64,000 bases of DNA, taken from Saccostrea echinata (Eukaryota). Positions 25,946-39,205 of the stretch are shown here, in pieces (the first letter of the stretch is position 1; each line of letters opens with the position of its first letter). A model generated the notes under the pieces. It was not told the origin of the DNA and did no database searches. It worked only from the letters and a program-made list of their open reading frames with translations. Where the stretch lies: NCBI RefSeq assembly GCF_033153115.1, contig NW_026889809.1, positions 3,596,001 to 3,660,000 of the forward strand. Direction: 5' to 3'. The position numbers and the translations under genes were made by a program.

Positions 25946-28187
25946 ATGGGTAATGTAAGTGTACGGGATGCAAAAGATAACAACAACAGTTCAGAATCTA
26001 TTGTAACTTCCGATGAGACCACCTCTCCATACCTCCACCTCTCCACCTCACAGAATCTGACTACCACCACACATGTTTACGAAAACATCGTTCCAGTAAC
26101 TCTTCTGTTCGTTTTTGGAGTTGTTGGTAACGCCATAGCTCTATTTGTTTTGTGCTATTCTGCAAAGAATCACAAATGGCGTCCGTTCTATAGACTGGTG
26201 TGTGGACTAGCTATTTCTGATGGCGGGGGAATTCTTGCGTCTTATCCGTTCGCAGAGTACCGCTATGTTTCCAATTTCGAGTACAACTTTCCAAAAGCTC
26301 TGTGTGATTACTTGGGCTTTGTTTTCATGTTCACACTAATGTCGTCTGCTATGATCGTCTGTTGCATGTCGTTTGATCGGTTCTTTGCCATATTCTTTCC
26401 ATTTCTTTACAACACACCGACAAAGGAACGCCGAGTGATGGTTATGCTGGGATGTGTTTGGCTGCTTTCTGGAATCATCAGCTCCCTACATCTGTATGGT
26501 TTAGGTGCCAGTAAAAACTACTATCCAGGTTCCTGGTGTTTTCTTGACTTTATTGACTTGTCAACAAATGCTAAAGTGATATACTCCTACATCTATGCGA
26601 CCACAGGGGCAGTAGTTGTCATTTTGACTATACTTATAAACTTTCTTGTGATAGTCTTCTTCATCAAGAATAAGTTCAAAAAGGCTGTTGCCAAGAGCAA
26701 TAGGAACGACCTTCCGGTTGTCCTCTTTCTGTTGATGATTGTGACAGTCTTTACTTCCTGTTGGGCTCCGCTTATGGTGAGAAAGATAATGCACTTTCAA
26801 TTCCATTATTTTAAGTCAATACAAAATGTCTGAAGTGTATCAAACTAAAACGATTGTAGTTTTTTTTTCAGTCCAAAAAAAATTATTCAATGTAATTATA
26901 AAATTTACACCAAAGGAAATTTCACCGAATGAAGAGTTTTACAGGGAAAATAGAATGGTTATAATCTAATAAAAATTCAATGACTCCAGAACATAAAAAT
27001 AATACAGTAATAATACAGTGATAATTTTTTTCTATGCATAATTAATCATTACAAACGGTCTCTAGCTTGCAGGAGAATTCTAGAATATTCTTCATTTTCA
27101 GATTGTCTATATTCTTCAAAGTTTCTTGAAGGTCTTGTAATGTCCAAATTAAAATAGTAAACAAAAGCTTAATTTCTGAAAAATGATACTTTGTTAGCAG
27201 GCAGACTTATACCGAAGGTAAAAGACATTAGCACAAAATGATTTATGTCATCCATTTTAAAACGAACTTGCGCTTACAAAAAAACAACAACACATTTTTA
27301 GTCTACATACCTGTCTTTGAAATCAGTTTCATTTAATTCACTGTATCTTAATGATTATTTTTAGAAAAGCCGTTTTAGTCATATCCTGATGAGCCTTTTC
27401 TTGAAATCTTCTTAAAAAACATTCATACTTGCCGTGTGTGACTGTTTTAAATCTATCCTATATCTTTTTCCTATAAATAATTTTTTCTGCTGCAAGATTT
27501 TCACAATTCTTTTTTGTATTTACCGGACTGCAAACAAAACAGACATTTTCTTGGTTTGAAAATGGCTAACCATATTGAGTTTCTTTGCTGGAAAATTTAA
27601 TTATATATATATGTTCCTTGTTCCATATTTGAAACAGTCAATCGGGTCAAGTTAAAAATAATGTTTGTTTGCCCTCTCCCGACTAAGGATTGAAAAAAAA
27701 AATGGGTCGGTAGGTAGGTGAGAAATTTTTATCTCAGAAAATTTCAATTTCAATGCTAAATTTCAAAAATCTATTTTCCAGAATACATAAAAAAAAAAAT
27801 AATTACTTCGTGGAGGTTAAAAAAATCTTGAGTCGGGCTATTTTTAGCCAGTCTGTCGGAAGAGGGCAACCAAACAATTTTTTTAAAGGTGGCCGGTTGA
27901 AGTGTTGTTATTTTAAGCATTGCTGAAATGTAGTATTACTTCTATTTTTACAGGTGAATATTTTCCAGCATGCTACTTTTTTTACCAGCGGACAGGGTAA
28001 AACAGAGCTGACTTTTCTGCGTATGGGCGTGACAAATTCCGTGATAGACCCATGGATCTACATTTTATTTCGAAAGGAAGTGTTTATCATGTTGATGAAT
28101 ATTATACATCGTTTACTTGGAAGACAGAAGGACACAAAGAACAATGACAGCATTTCAGAAATGAAATCAAAAACAACGGTTGCCTAG
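25946..28187 (+). CDS. PTGER4-like: Prostanoid (EP4-like) GPCR, copy 3; exons 25946-26776 and 27954-28187; 354 aa
   Basis: Same motifs; donor ATG|GTGAGA at 26777, acceptor TTTACAG|GTG at 27953; RMGVTNSVIDPWIYILFRK. Confidence 0.92.
27648..27894. mobile_element. Short MITE in the intron of receptor 3; second copy at ~20630-20862
   Basis: Inverted TTGTTTGCCCTCTCCCGAC / GTCGGAAGAGGGCAACCAAACAA, GGTAGGTAGG interior, GGCC end resembling the Harbinger-like element. Confidence 0.55.
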
Positions 28188-30332
28188 TGTTATCAGCAAT
28201 CAGGCCATGCCAAATAAAAATGTTGAATTAACTGCCGAGATAAACATCAAAAAATCAATTTGTTTCTATTAGTACATCCTATTACCAAATTGTTTTATAG
28301 CAATAGCGGTCACTAGTTAGAAAATGGAATAATTTCCTGACAGTAATAGTTTCACACTAATTTACTGTATGATTTACATACCGAGAAATGAATACCGGTA
28401 TTTCCTCAATGTTAGTATGTCACTGCTAAATAGAAATAGTATTTCATGTTGTGTTTTTTATGCTAGACATCGCAAATGTCCTCATTTGTAGCATTAAATC
28501 ATTTAATGATTAAAAAAAAAGCAAGTGAAATATGTGAACCTGAAGTACAGATCAATGGTAAGTGGCTACACTAAAGACCAAAATCATAATTTGTTATCTT
28601 AACATGCACTGAACTAAGAAGCCAACTGTATAAATCACTGGATTAACCACCACCACTACCCCACCACCCCCCAAAAAAACAACCCATGAAATAAAAAAAA
28701 CGAACATCACAGTTCATTCCATGAAGATGTATTTAACGCAATGCACAAAATAATAAATCAACCATGCAAGGTTATGAATTAGGGACTGAAAATATCTTTC
28801 AGGCTCAGAGGTGCAGATAAATGTACTCTATTACGGACGTGTCTAGGACAATGGACAGTTATAACCCTGGACACAGCAGACTTGAGACAAGATACCAAGT
28901 AACAGTAAGCATTCCCTGTCTACCATTCATCCCAACCGTGAGCCTCGGGAATCCACAGGCAGGTTAGTTTTAAAGCAATGGCCTGGCAATTAATATAAAA
29001 CATGCACGTCAAAATTCGACCCAACAATAGGTCGTTTTGCAAACAAAATCATTATAAGGCCCTTTGAATTTTCGAAATGCTAAATGAAACTGTTGGAAAC
29101 CCTGTAGCTTCAGGATAGCCTGCCCTGGTTGAAAATCTGATTGTACACAGAACATGTCTTGTGTACTAAATCACATTGGATACATGGAGGAATTTTGCTA
29201 CATAAAAAGGGAAGTTTGCGATGGAAAAGCTGAAGTCAACCCGTTTGTCATATAGATTGCTTGTTTTTGCCGTTAATGTCTATATTCAGTAAGACATCCA
29301 AAATATGAAGCATATATAGCCGACCTTTTGGTGTCTTTTATATTTAGTTGACTAGGATATCTCGATTTTACATATGAATTAAAATTAATATTGTAAATTA
29401 ATAAAACGTCATCGATATACAAAAACAGATCAACTAACACAGGAGTACGAGTTTTGGCCTTAGGAATTTCAACTGACTGTATATAGTTCTGGTCTCAGAA
29501 GACTACATCAAATGTTCAATGAAATAATGTAATAATCATTTTTTAACGTTGAAAGTGATCCATTGGTCTCAATAATTATAACATATTTACTTTTTGTAAA
29601 TACGTATGTGGAAAACTATCAAGGAACTGAATCTTTGGGTACGTGCAAAGTCCATATGATTTTATCGAAAACATAGTATGCTATGATTTGTTGTTTTAAA
29701 CATACATTTTTTTACCTATCATGATTTTAATTAGCAAACTGTTAAATTTTCTAAAAGAATACAAATATATTTTGCAATGTGATATGACTGAAAAGACATG
29801 AGAGGATATTTCACCTAATGGGTCTAAAGACCATTATGACAGCACCCTGATATATTGTAATCTTATATTATACTAGACGGACAATTTAACTTCAATAAAT
29901 TGCAGGATTGTAAAGAAATGGACGGACAAGTTTATATATATTAAACCATGCCTTTGCCCTAAAATGATTTTTACAAAATGGTCATTATACCCTTTTACTT
30001 TAGATAAGTCAGAACAAATATCATCTAATCAAACAAAGTGGAAAATGTCATTAAATTCAAGAGACTTTTGCTTGAATAGGTAAATCATTACATTAGGGTT
30101 AGAATTCAATCGTGTTGATATCAAATTTGTTGAAATACGATAATTTGATTTAAAAATCACCATTACAGCTGAAATCTAATCGTCCATTTCTCAGACAATG
30201 TCAGTAAATCAGTATAAAAGGTATCAATATAATTACTGTCAGATAGATGCTTTAGCTGTAGCACAGATGAAACAAGGATGACAACAAAGATCCGAGAGAT
30301 CTCTTCAGAGAGAAATTGCAGCAATTACGACA

Positions 30333-33300
30333 ATGCATAGGAATTACGACAATGATACTAATTACGACAATGTCTCTGACATTATTTCTTCCTCAAATGT
30401 AACCACCATATCACCGCTCAGTTTAACTAACACACAGAATCTGACGACCACCACTCGTGTGTACGAACACATCGCTCCAGTAACACTTCTGTTCTTTTTT
30501 GGAGTTGTTGGTAACGCCATAGCTCTATTTGTTTTGTGCTATTCTGCAAGGAGTCACAAATGGCGTCCGTTCTATAGACTGGTATGTGGACTAGCTATTT
30601 CTGATGGCGGGGGAATTCTGGCATCTTATCCGTTCGCAGAGTACCGCTATATCTCCAATTTCGAGTACACCTTTCCAAAAGCTTTGTGTGATTACTTGGG
30701 CTTTGTTTTCATGTTCACACTAATGTCGTCTGCTATGATCGTCTGTTGCATGTCGTTTGACCGTTTCTATGCCATATTCTTTCCATTTCTTTATAATACT
30801 CCGTCAAAACAACGTCGAGCTTTGATCATGCTAGCGTGTGCCTGGACTTTATCGGGAGTCATCAGCTCCCTACATCTGTATGGTTTAGGTGCCAGTAAAA
30901 ACTACTATCCGGGTTCCTGGTGTTTCCTTGATTTTATTGACATGTCATCAAATGCCAAAGTGATATACTCCTACATCTATGCCACTACTGGGGCGGTGGT
31001 CGTCATCTTGACTATGCTTATAAACGTGTTAGTTATTGTTTTCTTCATAAAGAATAAATTCAGTAAGACTGTTGCTAAGACCAACAGGAACGACCTTCCG
31101 GTTGTCCTCTTTCTGTTGATGATAGTGACGGTTTTTACATCCTGTTGGGCGCCTCTTGTGGTAAGAATTAATTTTTTTTTTTAATTTTCTCATACCAAAA
31201 TAAATCTATTGATTTATTGTATGTTGTTTTACGTCCCATTCGAGAATTTTTCACTCTCATGTAGACGTCACCATATACCGGTGCAGGGATGGAGTAATGG
31301 TAATGTGTAATGGTAATTGACAGTAGTTAATTACAAATTTTGATGTAATTGAAAGTATTGTGTAATTGGCCAAATTTTCGATTACAGGTAATTGTAATTT
31401 AATTAATTACTTAATACATGAGAAAATGATGTAATTCACAATTTTTTTTTTAATTTTATTTTTTTTTTCATCTTAATACAAACATATTGTATTACTAAAT
31501 TCATTTCTTTTTTACACACCATTCGCTCTCACTTTCTCACTCATACATATTCATTTTGGTATGTGGAAGCATACTTGTTCTTGTATTTTAACAGAATGAT
31601 AGAAAGAAAAAATACATCAACAGATCGATATAAGGACACAAAAAAAAGAAGGAAAGAAAAAGTCTTACATATTGTAACAGATTATGACTTATTAACATTG
31701 TCAAATAAACATTTCCAATTTTTCTAGGTATTATTAAACTTTTGCATTTAAAATTCTGGCTTGCAATACATTTTTCAACCCTATATTTATTGTATAAGTG
31801 AAAGAGAAGTTCCAGGAAGTTTGGCAGTTTGCCTTTTTTTAGACAAGAAAAATATATTGTTTTATATACATGATCAGAAAATTTACAACTCTATTACCTT
31901 TAGACAACGGAAGTTCGCCTAATAAAATGTTAATTACATTAAAACCAATTCTTTTTGAAGTTATTTGATACATATGCATGCTAAGATCACTCCATAGTGA
32001 GGATACCTTTTCACAATTAATGAAAATATGTTGAATTGTCTCAACTCGATGTTTACAAAAAGAACAGCTATCAGATGATACAGCATTGATTTTTTTTCAA
32101 GTAATAATTAACAGGTAAAATTCTATGGAGAATTCTATATTGTATCCATTGGGTTGAAGAGTCTTTGGTAGTCTTAAAACAAACATTAAAAACATCTTGA
32201 ACACAAACCTCTACACCATAATGGCTGAGCTCTAAATTCCATTTCCGTACAGAAGTAGGAATAATAATATTTGCATTTAACTGTTTGTATATAGTTTTAG
32301 TACATCTATTTTGCAAAAAAAGATTGATAATACAATGGAATATATGGAGTAGAAGATCTTTTAAATAAACCTTTGTTTACAAAAGATTTCATATATTTTG
32401 ATATTGCACTCATTACACTGTTATATTGCATGATGGATACTTGAATACCAAATTTTTGCTGAAAAATGGCATGTGGTAGAAAATTTCCTTCCTCATCTAA
32501 AAAATCATCAATCAGTTTCACACCCTTTTCATACCAACTTTTTATAAACAGTGTTTTTGTACCAACCCTAATATTTGTATTGTACCACACTGGGATGCTA
32601 GGAAAAATTTTCCATGTAGAATTTACTATAACAAAAGATTTAATAACATGAAGCATAGACTTAAAAACATCTTGCCAAAAACAGTTGTTTTGGGGGATTA
32701 CACATTCAGAGATAAATGCATCACCAAAATCAAGTAATTTATGAACAAAATCTGTACCATTTATAGCTTCAAAAATATCTACCCAAGGTTTATTACCTGC
32801 TATTAGCCTTTTCAGCCAAGAACATTTCAAAGACATAATAAAATTGCTAATTTCCACCATTTTTAATCCCCCATGCTGATAATCTTGAATTAAAGCAGTA
32901 CGTTTAATTTTATCACATTTTGCATTCCAAATAAATTCAAAAATATCTTTGCATAATGATGAGATTATCTCCCCTTCTGGAGTAGGGAGTGATATGAACA
33001 AATGATTAATTTTTGGAATAATTAAAGATTTTACCACAGTAACTCGACCAATTGGTGTTAGGATTCTTCTTTTCCAATGTTGTAGCATGCTTTTTATTTT
33101 TGGAATCTGTATGCCATAATTTAAATTTGTAATTTTTTGTAGGTCATCTGAAAAGTTAATACCTAATAGGTTAAAAGTTGTGGAGCCCCAGTCGAGTTTC
33201 CATCTAGAATGATGAAAGACCTGAATTGAAAACTTTTTTGAGCCTATCCATATTATTTTTGTTTTAGAGTTGTTTCCTTTTAAACCAGATATCTAAGGTA

Positions 33301-35495
33301 TCCAAGGCAGCAAACAAAGATTTAGGCGAACCATCAAGAGCAAGATGTATCATCAACGTACTGACTTATTTTATGTTCCTTGTCACTTATCATGATACCC
33401 TTTATATTTTTATTTTGCTAAATTAAGATTGCAATAATTTCAGCACAAAGAAGAAACAAATATGGTGCGACAGGGTCCCCTTGTCTACATCCTCTCTCAA
33501 TGTCAATCTGATCAGATAAAAAACCCACTTTGTAACACTGAAGCCTTAAATTTTGTGTTCAGAATCTTAATCCATTCAATTATGTATTCACCAAAGCCAA
33601 AAAATTTGTAATTCACAATAACTTTTCAATTACATTCAATTACACTGGTATATAATGAATGAAAAATCAATACCTTCCCCCTCCCCAACCCACTATACAC
33701 TATTCAAGAAAGCATAACTGATCTTTAGGGAAAAATATTTTGATGGTCAATATCTTACAGAAATATTCATATTTCCTCCTTTTAGTGAATTGCTGTTTTA
33801 TCTCATGCACTTTTTAAAGGTTCTTTCAAAATATTCTCTCTGTGTTTCATATACAAATAAACTTAATAGTTTTGACTAGTTTTTTTATGAATACATACCA
33901 GAAAGCTTTTAAAAATGACATCAAATTTTGTAACACATTTGAATTGTGGTAAAAACATGGGTAAACATAGTATTCTTGCTAGTTAGTATATATCTATCCC
34001 TGTCACATATGCTCTAGTGGAAAGTATCTTTACTGCGGAGGAAAAACCTTTCAAATCTGATAAATATAGGTTAAGTGGGGATACTATATTTGAGAAGTTA
34101 GCTGGAGACAATTTATTTGAGAAAATTTCATGAACATCTAAAGAATGTAAATGTAGAGAAAAAAATGCTGTAACTGAATCTGATATGACTATAAAGAAAT
34201 GTTCATGACTATTTATTTATAATAAGTTCATAAAATTTAATTTGTAATTTAATTAATTACATTTCAAAATCCTTGTAATGGTAATGGTAATTCAATTGAA
34301 GGTTTTGGGCAAGTAATAGTAATTTAATTAATTGCTTTCCTATGTAATTGACCCCATCCCTGTACCGGTGAAGGGCTGCAAAATTAGACCTATACTCGGC
34401 ACTCTTGGCGAAGGAACAGTCAATACCTGTTTTTGTCTTAGGTTTGAAGCGGCGCGCGAACGAGTATCGAACTCCTGCCATCCTGATCACGAATCCCTAC
34501 CACTAGGCTACCGTGACCGGTTATAAATCAAATGTTCCGCTGTTAAGTGCTTTTCTCTATTTATGACACGGCTTAAATCAGCTTTTTACTGTGAACTATT
34601 CATGAAATGGAAAAAAATTAATAACTGTCTTTTTATGAATAGGAGGAAACGGGGTCAATTGGTATATTTGAGAATATAGGAATTTAATAATTATGTAAGC
34701 GCTGTAAGAATTAAACAGCCCCAGTCGACTTATAAAGAATTTCACCCCAAATAATTGATAGATGTAAATTCTTTTTTAAACATTTTTTATTTATAAATAC
34801 ATTATTTATTGACAATAAAATTATATTTTCTGAGNNNNNNNNNNNNNNNNNNNNNNNNNNNNNNNNNNNNNNNNNNNNNNNNNNNNNNNNNNNNNNNNNN
34901 NNNNNNNNNNNNNNNNNNNNNNNNNNNNNNNNNNNNNNNNNNNNNNNNNNNNNNNNNNNNNNNNNNNNNNNNNNNNNNNNNNNNNNNNNNNNNNNNNNNN
35001 NACTTCTACACATCAAACACTATTATTCATGCAAGAAATCTATTCTGCAACCGACTTTTATTGCAGTTTAACATGTGACTGAGAAACTAAGTAACTCCAA
35101 GAAACACCCTCTAAGTCTTTATCCACGTTTCTAGTCTTTGTGAAGATTACTTTGTTAATTGAACTTATAAACAGATTTCATGTGATGTTCACTTTATGTG
35201 TTAATAATTTAATATAGGGCATTTGTCATATATGTACTTAAAACCATAATTTGTTTAACAGGTAAACATATTCCAGCACGCTACGTTCTCTATAGTTGGA
35301 CAAGGTAGAACCGAGTTGATTGTTCTGCGCATGGGTGTGACTAACTCTGTAATAGATCCATGGATCTACATCCTGTTCCGGAAGGAAGCATTTGGTATGC
35401 TAATGAAATGTGTAAATAATCTTGTGGATCGTAACAGGGATTCACACAACAAGAGTAACGTACCAAAAGTAGCATCAAAAATAACAATTGTTTAG
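30333..35495 (+). CDS. PTGER4-like: Prostanoid (EP4-like) GPCR, copy 4; exons 30333-31160 and 35262-35495; 353 aa
   Basis: Donor GTG|GTAAGA at 31161, acceptor TTAACAG|GTAAAC at 35261. Exon 2 (not in ORF track): VNIFQHATFSIVGQGRTELIVLRMGVTNSVIDPWIYILFRKE...SKITIV*. The 4.1-kb intron is inflated by nested TEs. Confidence 0.9.
31284..34362. mobile_element. hAT-type non-autonomous element in the intron of receptor 4
   Basis: TIR CAGGGATGG / CCATCCCTG; 8-bp TSD TACCGGTG at 31276-31283 and 34363-34370; GTAATT-rich subtermini. Confidence 0.85.
31443..33606 (-). mobile_element. 5'-truncated L1/Tx1-like LINE (RT C-terminal half, degraded)
   Basis: ORF 32306-33088 (LTPIGRVTVVKSLIIPKINHLF...GGL) with upstream RGCRQGDP remnant; A-rich tail at 31443-31470; TSD TGTAATTCACAAT at 31430-31442 and 33607-33619. 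Confidence 0.85.
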
Positions 35496-36846
35496 TATTT
35501 GTTGGCTACTGGTACTTTGAATACAAGGTATAATAAACGGAATCCTTAAACTGGTTTAGAACTATTTAATTGGTTGTTTATACCATTGCCTTTCCTAAAG
35601 CAGAGCTCTAATTATTTTATTTAATCATTTACGTTTTTCATGTAAAGTTTTATTTTTATCTTTCTCGTGTTTTTACAACTAGTATATTATATGGACAATT
35701 TTCTGACATATTAATCAGCATCGACATTAGTATCAGCAATGAATAGTACTTAGGGAATTTGATAGCTTTAGACCATTAATTTGATTGTTTTAAAACTGTT
35801 GAGATATAAATGTGACTTTTTGTAATAAATCGTGTTATTATTTGTATTCAAAATGTAAGTATTAGGTATTTTCCTATAGTTTATGTTGTTCCTTTTACGC
35901 AGGCACTTATGATGAATAAATTTGTGTCACGCGAGCATTTTCTTCATGTTTTGAAACAGGAGCGTATACATTACTTTTGAGAATGTTAATTCTCTCAAGA
36001 GGGTTCTGAGTTAAACTAATTGAAATTTCAGTGGGTTGGGGAAGGTAGTTCGTTCATGTGGATTTCGAGTGTTCTGAGCACGCTCTTCTTCCTACGGTTT
36101 TTTTTAAGGAAGCTCTAAACACTGCACACTAAAGAGTTCTTTTTGTAAAGTAGTTTTATTGAGTTAGAGTGATCCGTCCTTAGAAGAAAAATAGAATAAA
36201 TGGGAATCTACAGTTAATGACACAATTTCTTATGGATTAAAGTATTCTTAATGTTACATGTATGTTAGACCAAGATTAAGTAATTGAATACATTATTTCC
36301 ATTAATTTTTCCGATGCAAGTAAACAACAGTGATTTCTGTTCATGAATAGTCCATTGTCTTTGAACATTTTTTCTGCAGAAATAAGGCAGGCACCATATG
36401 TTGAAAATGAACTAGATACACTGAATATGTGCACCTTTATATGATATATTTTTCTCAAAGTCCAAAAAGCATTTGTCATTAGTGTTTAGAGCTTCCTTAA
36501 ATTTATTTTGAGGAGGTGTGTTCTTATTTCTGTAACAACATGCATTTTTATACAAGAAAAACACAGCTATGACAAAAGAAAAAAGAAATTCGTAAATATT
36601 ACATAAAGAATTTCTGTAAAAAATGCGGAAGGTGGAGATAATGAACAATGGTCCATCTCAACCCACCCACCCCACCCCACCCCCTCCGAAAAAAACAATG
36701 CAAATTTGTGAACAAGGCATACAGCACGAACCTCTGGGAACTTCAGAGGTGGAATCAGGTTCCTCGTTGGAGTTAGCATCCTCTGTCCACCTGTCACCTG
36801 CCTTGAGCTTTCTGTGTTGACTAGGGGAACAGCTTAATAAGTAGTC

Positions 36847-39205
36847 AAACAATAGGTGTAACATGTCAGCCAAAATACGACCCAATAAAAGGCTGTATTA
36901 ACAAACAATAGGTGTAACATGTCAGCCAAAATACGACCAAATAAAAGGCTGTATTAACAAACAATAGGTGTAACATGTCAGCCAAAATACGACCCAATAA
37001 AAGGCTGTATTAACAAACAATAGGTGTAACATGTCAGCCAAAATACGACCCAATAAAAGGTTGTATTAACAAACAATAGGTGTAACATGTCAGCCAAAAT
37101 ACGACCCAATAAAAGGTTGTATTAACAAACAATAGGTGTAACATGACAGACAAAATACGACCCAATAAAGGTTGTATTAACAAACAATAGGTGTAACATG
37201 CCAGCCAAAATACGGCCCAATAAAAGGCTGTATTAACAAACAATAGGTGTAACATGTCAGCCAAAATACGACCCAATAAAAGGCTGTATTATCAAACAAT
37301 AGGTGTAACATGCCAGCCAAAATACGACCCAATAAAAGGTTGTATTAACAAACAATAGGTGTAACATGTCAACCAAAATACGACCCAATAAAAGGTTGTA
37401 TTAACAAACAATAGGTGTAACATGACAGCCAAAATATGACCCAATAAAAGGCTGTATTAACAAACAATAGGTGTAACATGTCAGCCAAAATACGACCCAA
37501 TAAAAGGTTGTATTAACAAACAATAGGTGTATCATGACAGCCAAAATACGACCCAATTAAAGGTTGTATTAGCAAACAATAGGTGTAACATGTCAGACAA
37601 AAAAACGACCAAATAAAAGGTTGTATTAACAAACAATAGGTGTATCATGACAGCCAAAATACGACCCAATAAAAGGCTATATTAACAAACAATAGGTGTA
37701 ACATGTCAGCCAAAATACGACCCAATAAAAGGCTGTATTAACAAACGATAGGTGTAACATGTCAGCCAAAATACGACCCAATAAAAGGTTGTATTAACAA
37801 ACAATAGGTGTAACATGTCAGCCAAAATACGACCCAATAAAAGGCTGTATTAACAAACAATAGGTGTAACATGTCAGCCAAAATACGACCAAATAAAAGG
37901 CTGTATTAACAAACAATAGGTGTAACATGTCAGCCAAAATACGACCCAATAAAAGGCTGTATTAACAAACAATAGGTGTAACATGTCAGCCAAAATACGA
38001 CCCAATAAAAGGTTGTATTAACAAACAATAGGTGTAACATGTCAGCCAAAATACGACCCAATAAAAGGTTGTATTAACAAACAATAGGTGTAACATGACA
38101 GACAAAATACGACCCAATAAAGGTTGTATTAACAAACAATAGGTGTAACATGCCAGCCAAAATACGGCCCAATAAAAGGCTGTATTAACAAACAATAGGT
38201 GTAACATGTCAGCCAAAATACGACCCAATAAAAGGCTGTATTATCAAACAATAGGTGTAACATGCCAGCCAAAATACGACCCAATAAAAGGTTGTATTAA
38301 CAAACAATAGGTGTAACATGTCAGCCAAAATACGACCCAATAAAAGGTTGTATTAACAAACAATAGGTGTAACATGACAGACAAAATACGACCCAATAAA
38401 GGTTGTATTAACAAACAATAGGTGTAACATGCCAGCCAAAATACGGCCCAATAAAAGGCTGTATTAACAAACAATAGGTGTAACATGTCAGCCAAAATAC
38501 GACCCAATAAAAGGCTGTATTATCAAACAATAGGTGTAACATGCCAGCCAAAATACGACCCAATAAAAGGTTGTATTAACAAACAATAGGTGTAACATGT
38601 CAACCAAAATACGACCCAATAAAAGGTTGTATTAACAAACAATAGGTGTAACATGACAGCCAAAATATGACCCAATAAAAGGCTGTATTAACAAACAATA
38701 GGTGTAACATGTCAGCCAAAATACGACCCAATAAAAGGTTGTATTAACAAACAATAGGTGTATCATGACAGCCAAAATACGACCCAATTAAAGGTTGTAT
38801 TAGCAAACAATAGGTGTAACATGTCAGACAAAAAAACGACCAAATAAAAGGTTGTATTAACAAACAATAGGTGTATCATGACAGCCAAAATACGACCCAA
38901 TAAAAGGCTATATTAACAAACAATAGGTGTAACATGTCAGCCAAAATACGACCCAATAAAAGGCTGTATTAACAAACGATAGGTGTAACATGTCAGCCAA
39001 AATACGACCCAATAAAAGGTTGTATTAACAAACAATAGGTGTAACATGTCAGCCAAAATACGACCCAATAAAAGGTTGTATTAACAAACAATAGGTGTAA
39101 CATGTCAGCCAAAATACGACCCAATAAAAGGCCGTATTAACAAACAATAGGCATGTAACATGTCTGACAAAATACGACCGAATAAAAGGTTGTATGAATA
39201 AACAA
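36847..39205. repeat. 56-bp minisatellite, ~42 copies, with higher-order duplications
   Basis: Unit AAACAATAGGTGTAACATGTCAGCCAAAATACGACCCAATAAAAGG(C/T)TGTATTAAC; variant units recur at 952-, 279- and 1231-bp offsets. Confidence 0.95.

Larger units (their letters stand above)
31208..34521 (-). mobile_element. tRNA-derived SINE split by the hAT element (halves ~31208-31283 and 34363-34521)
   Basis: 3' part GAGAATTTTTCACTC...AGACGTCACC...ACCGGT matches the other SINE copies; A/B-box-like head near 34465-34520. Confidence 0.65.

Noticed and set aside
36847-39205. CRISPR-like array, or coding repeat ORFs (37034, 37986, 38244)
   Set aside because: Head-to-tail units without unique spacers, eukaryotic context, and ORFs that are by-products of the repeat.
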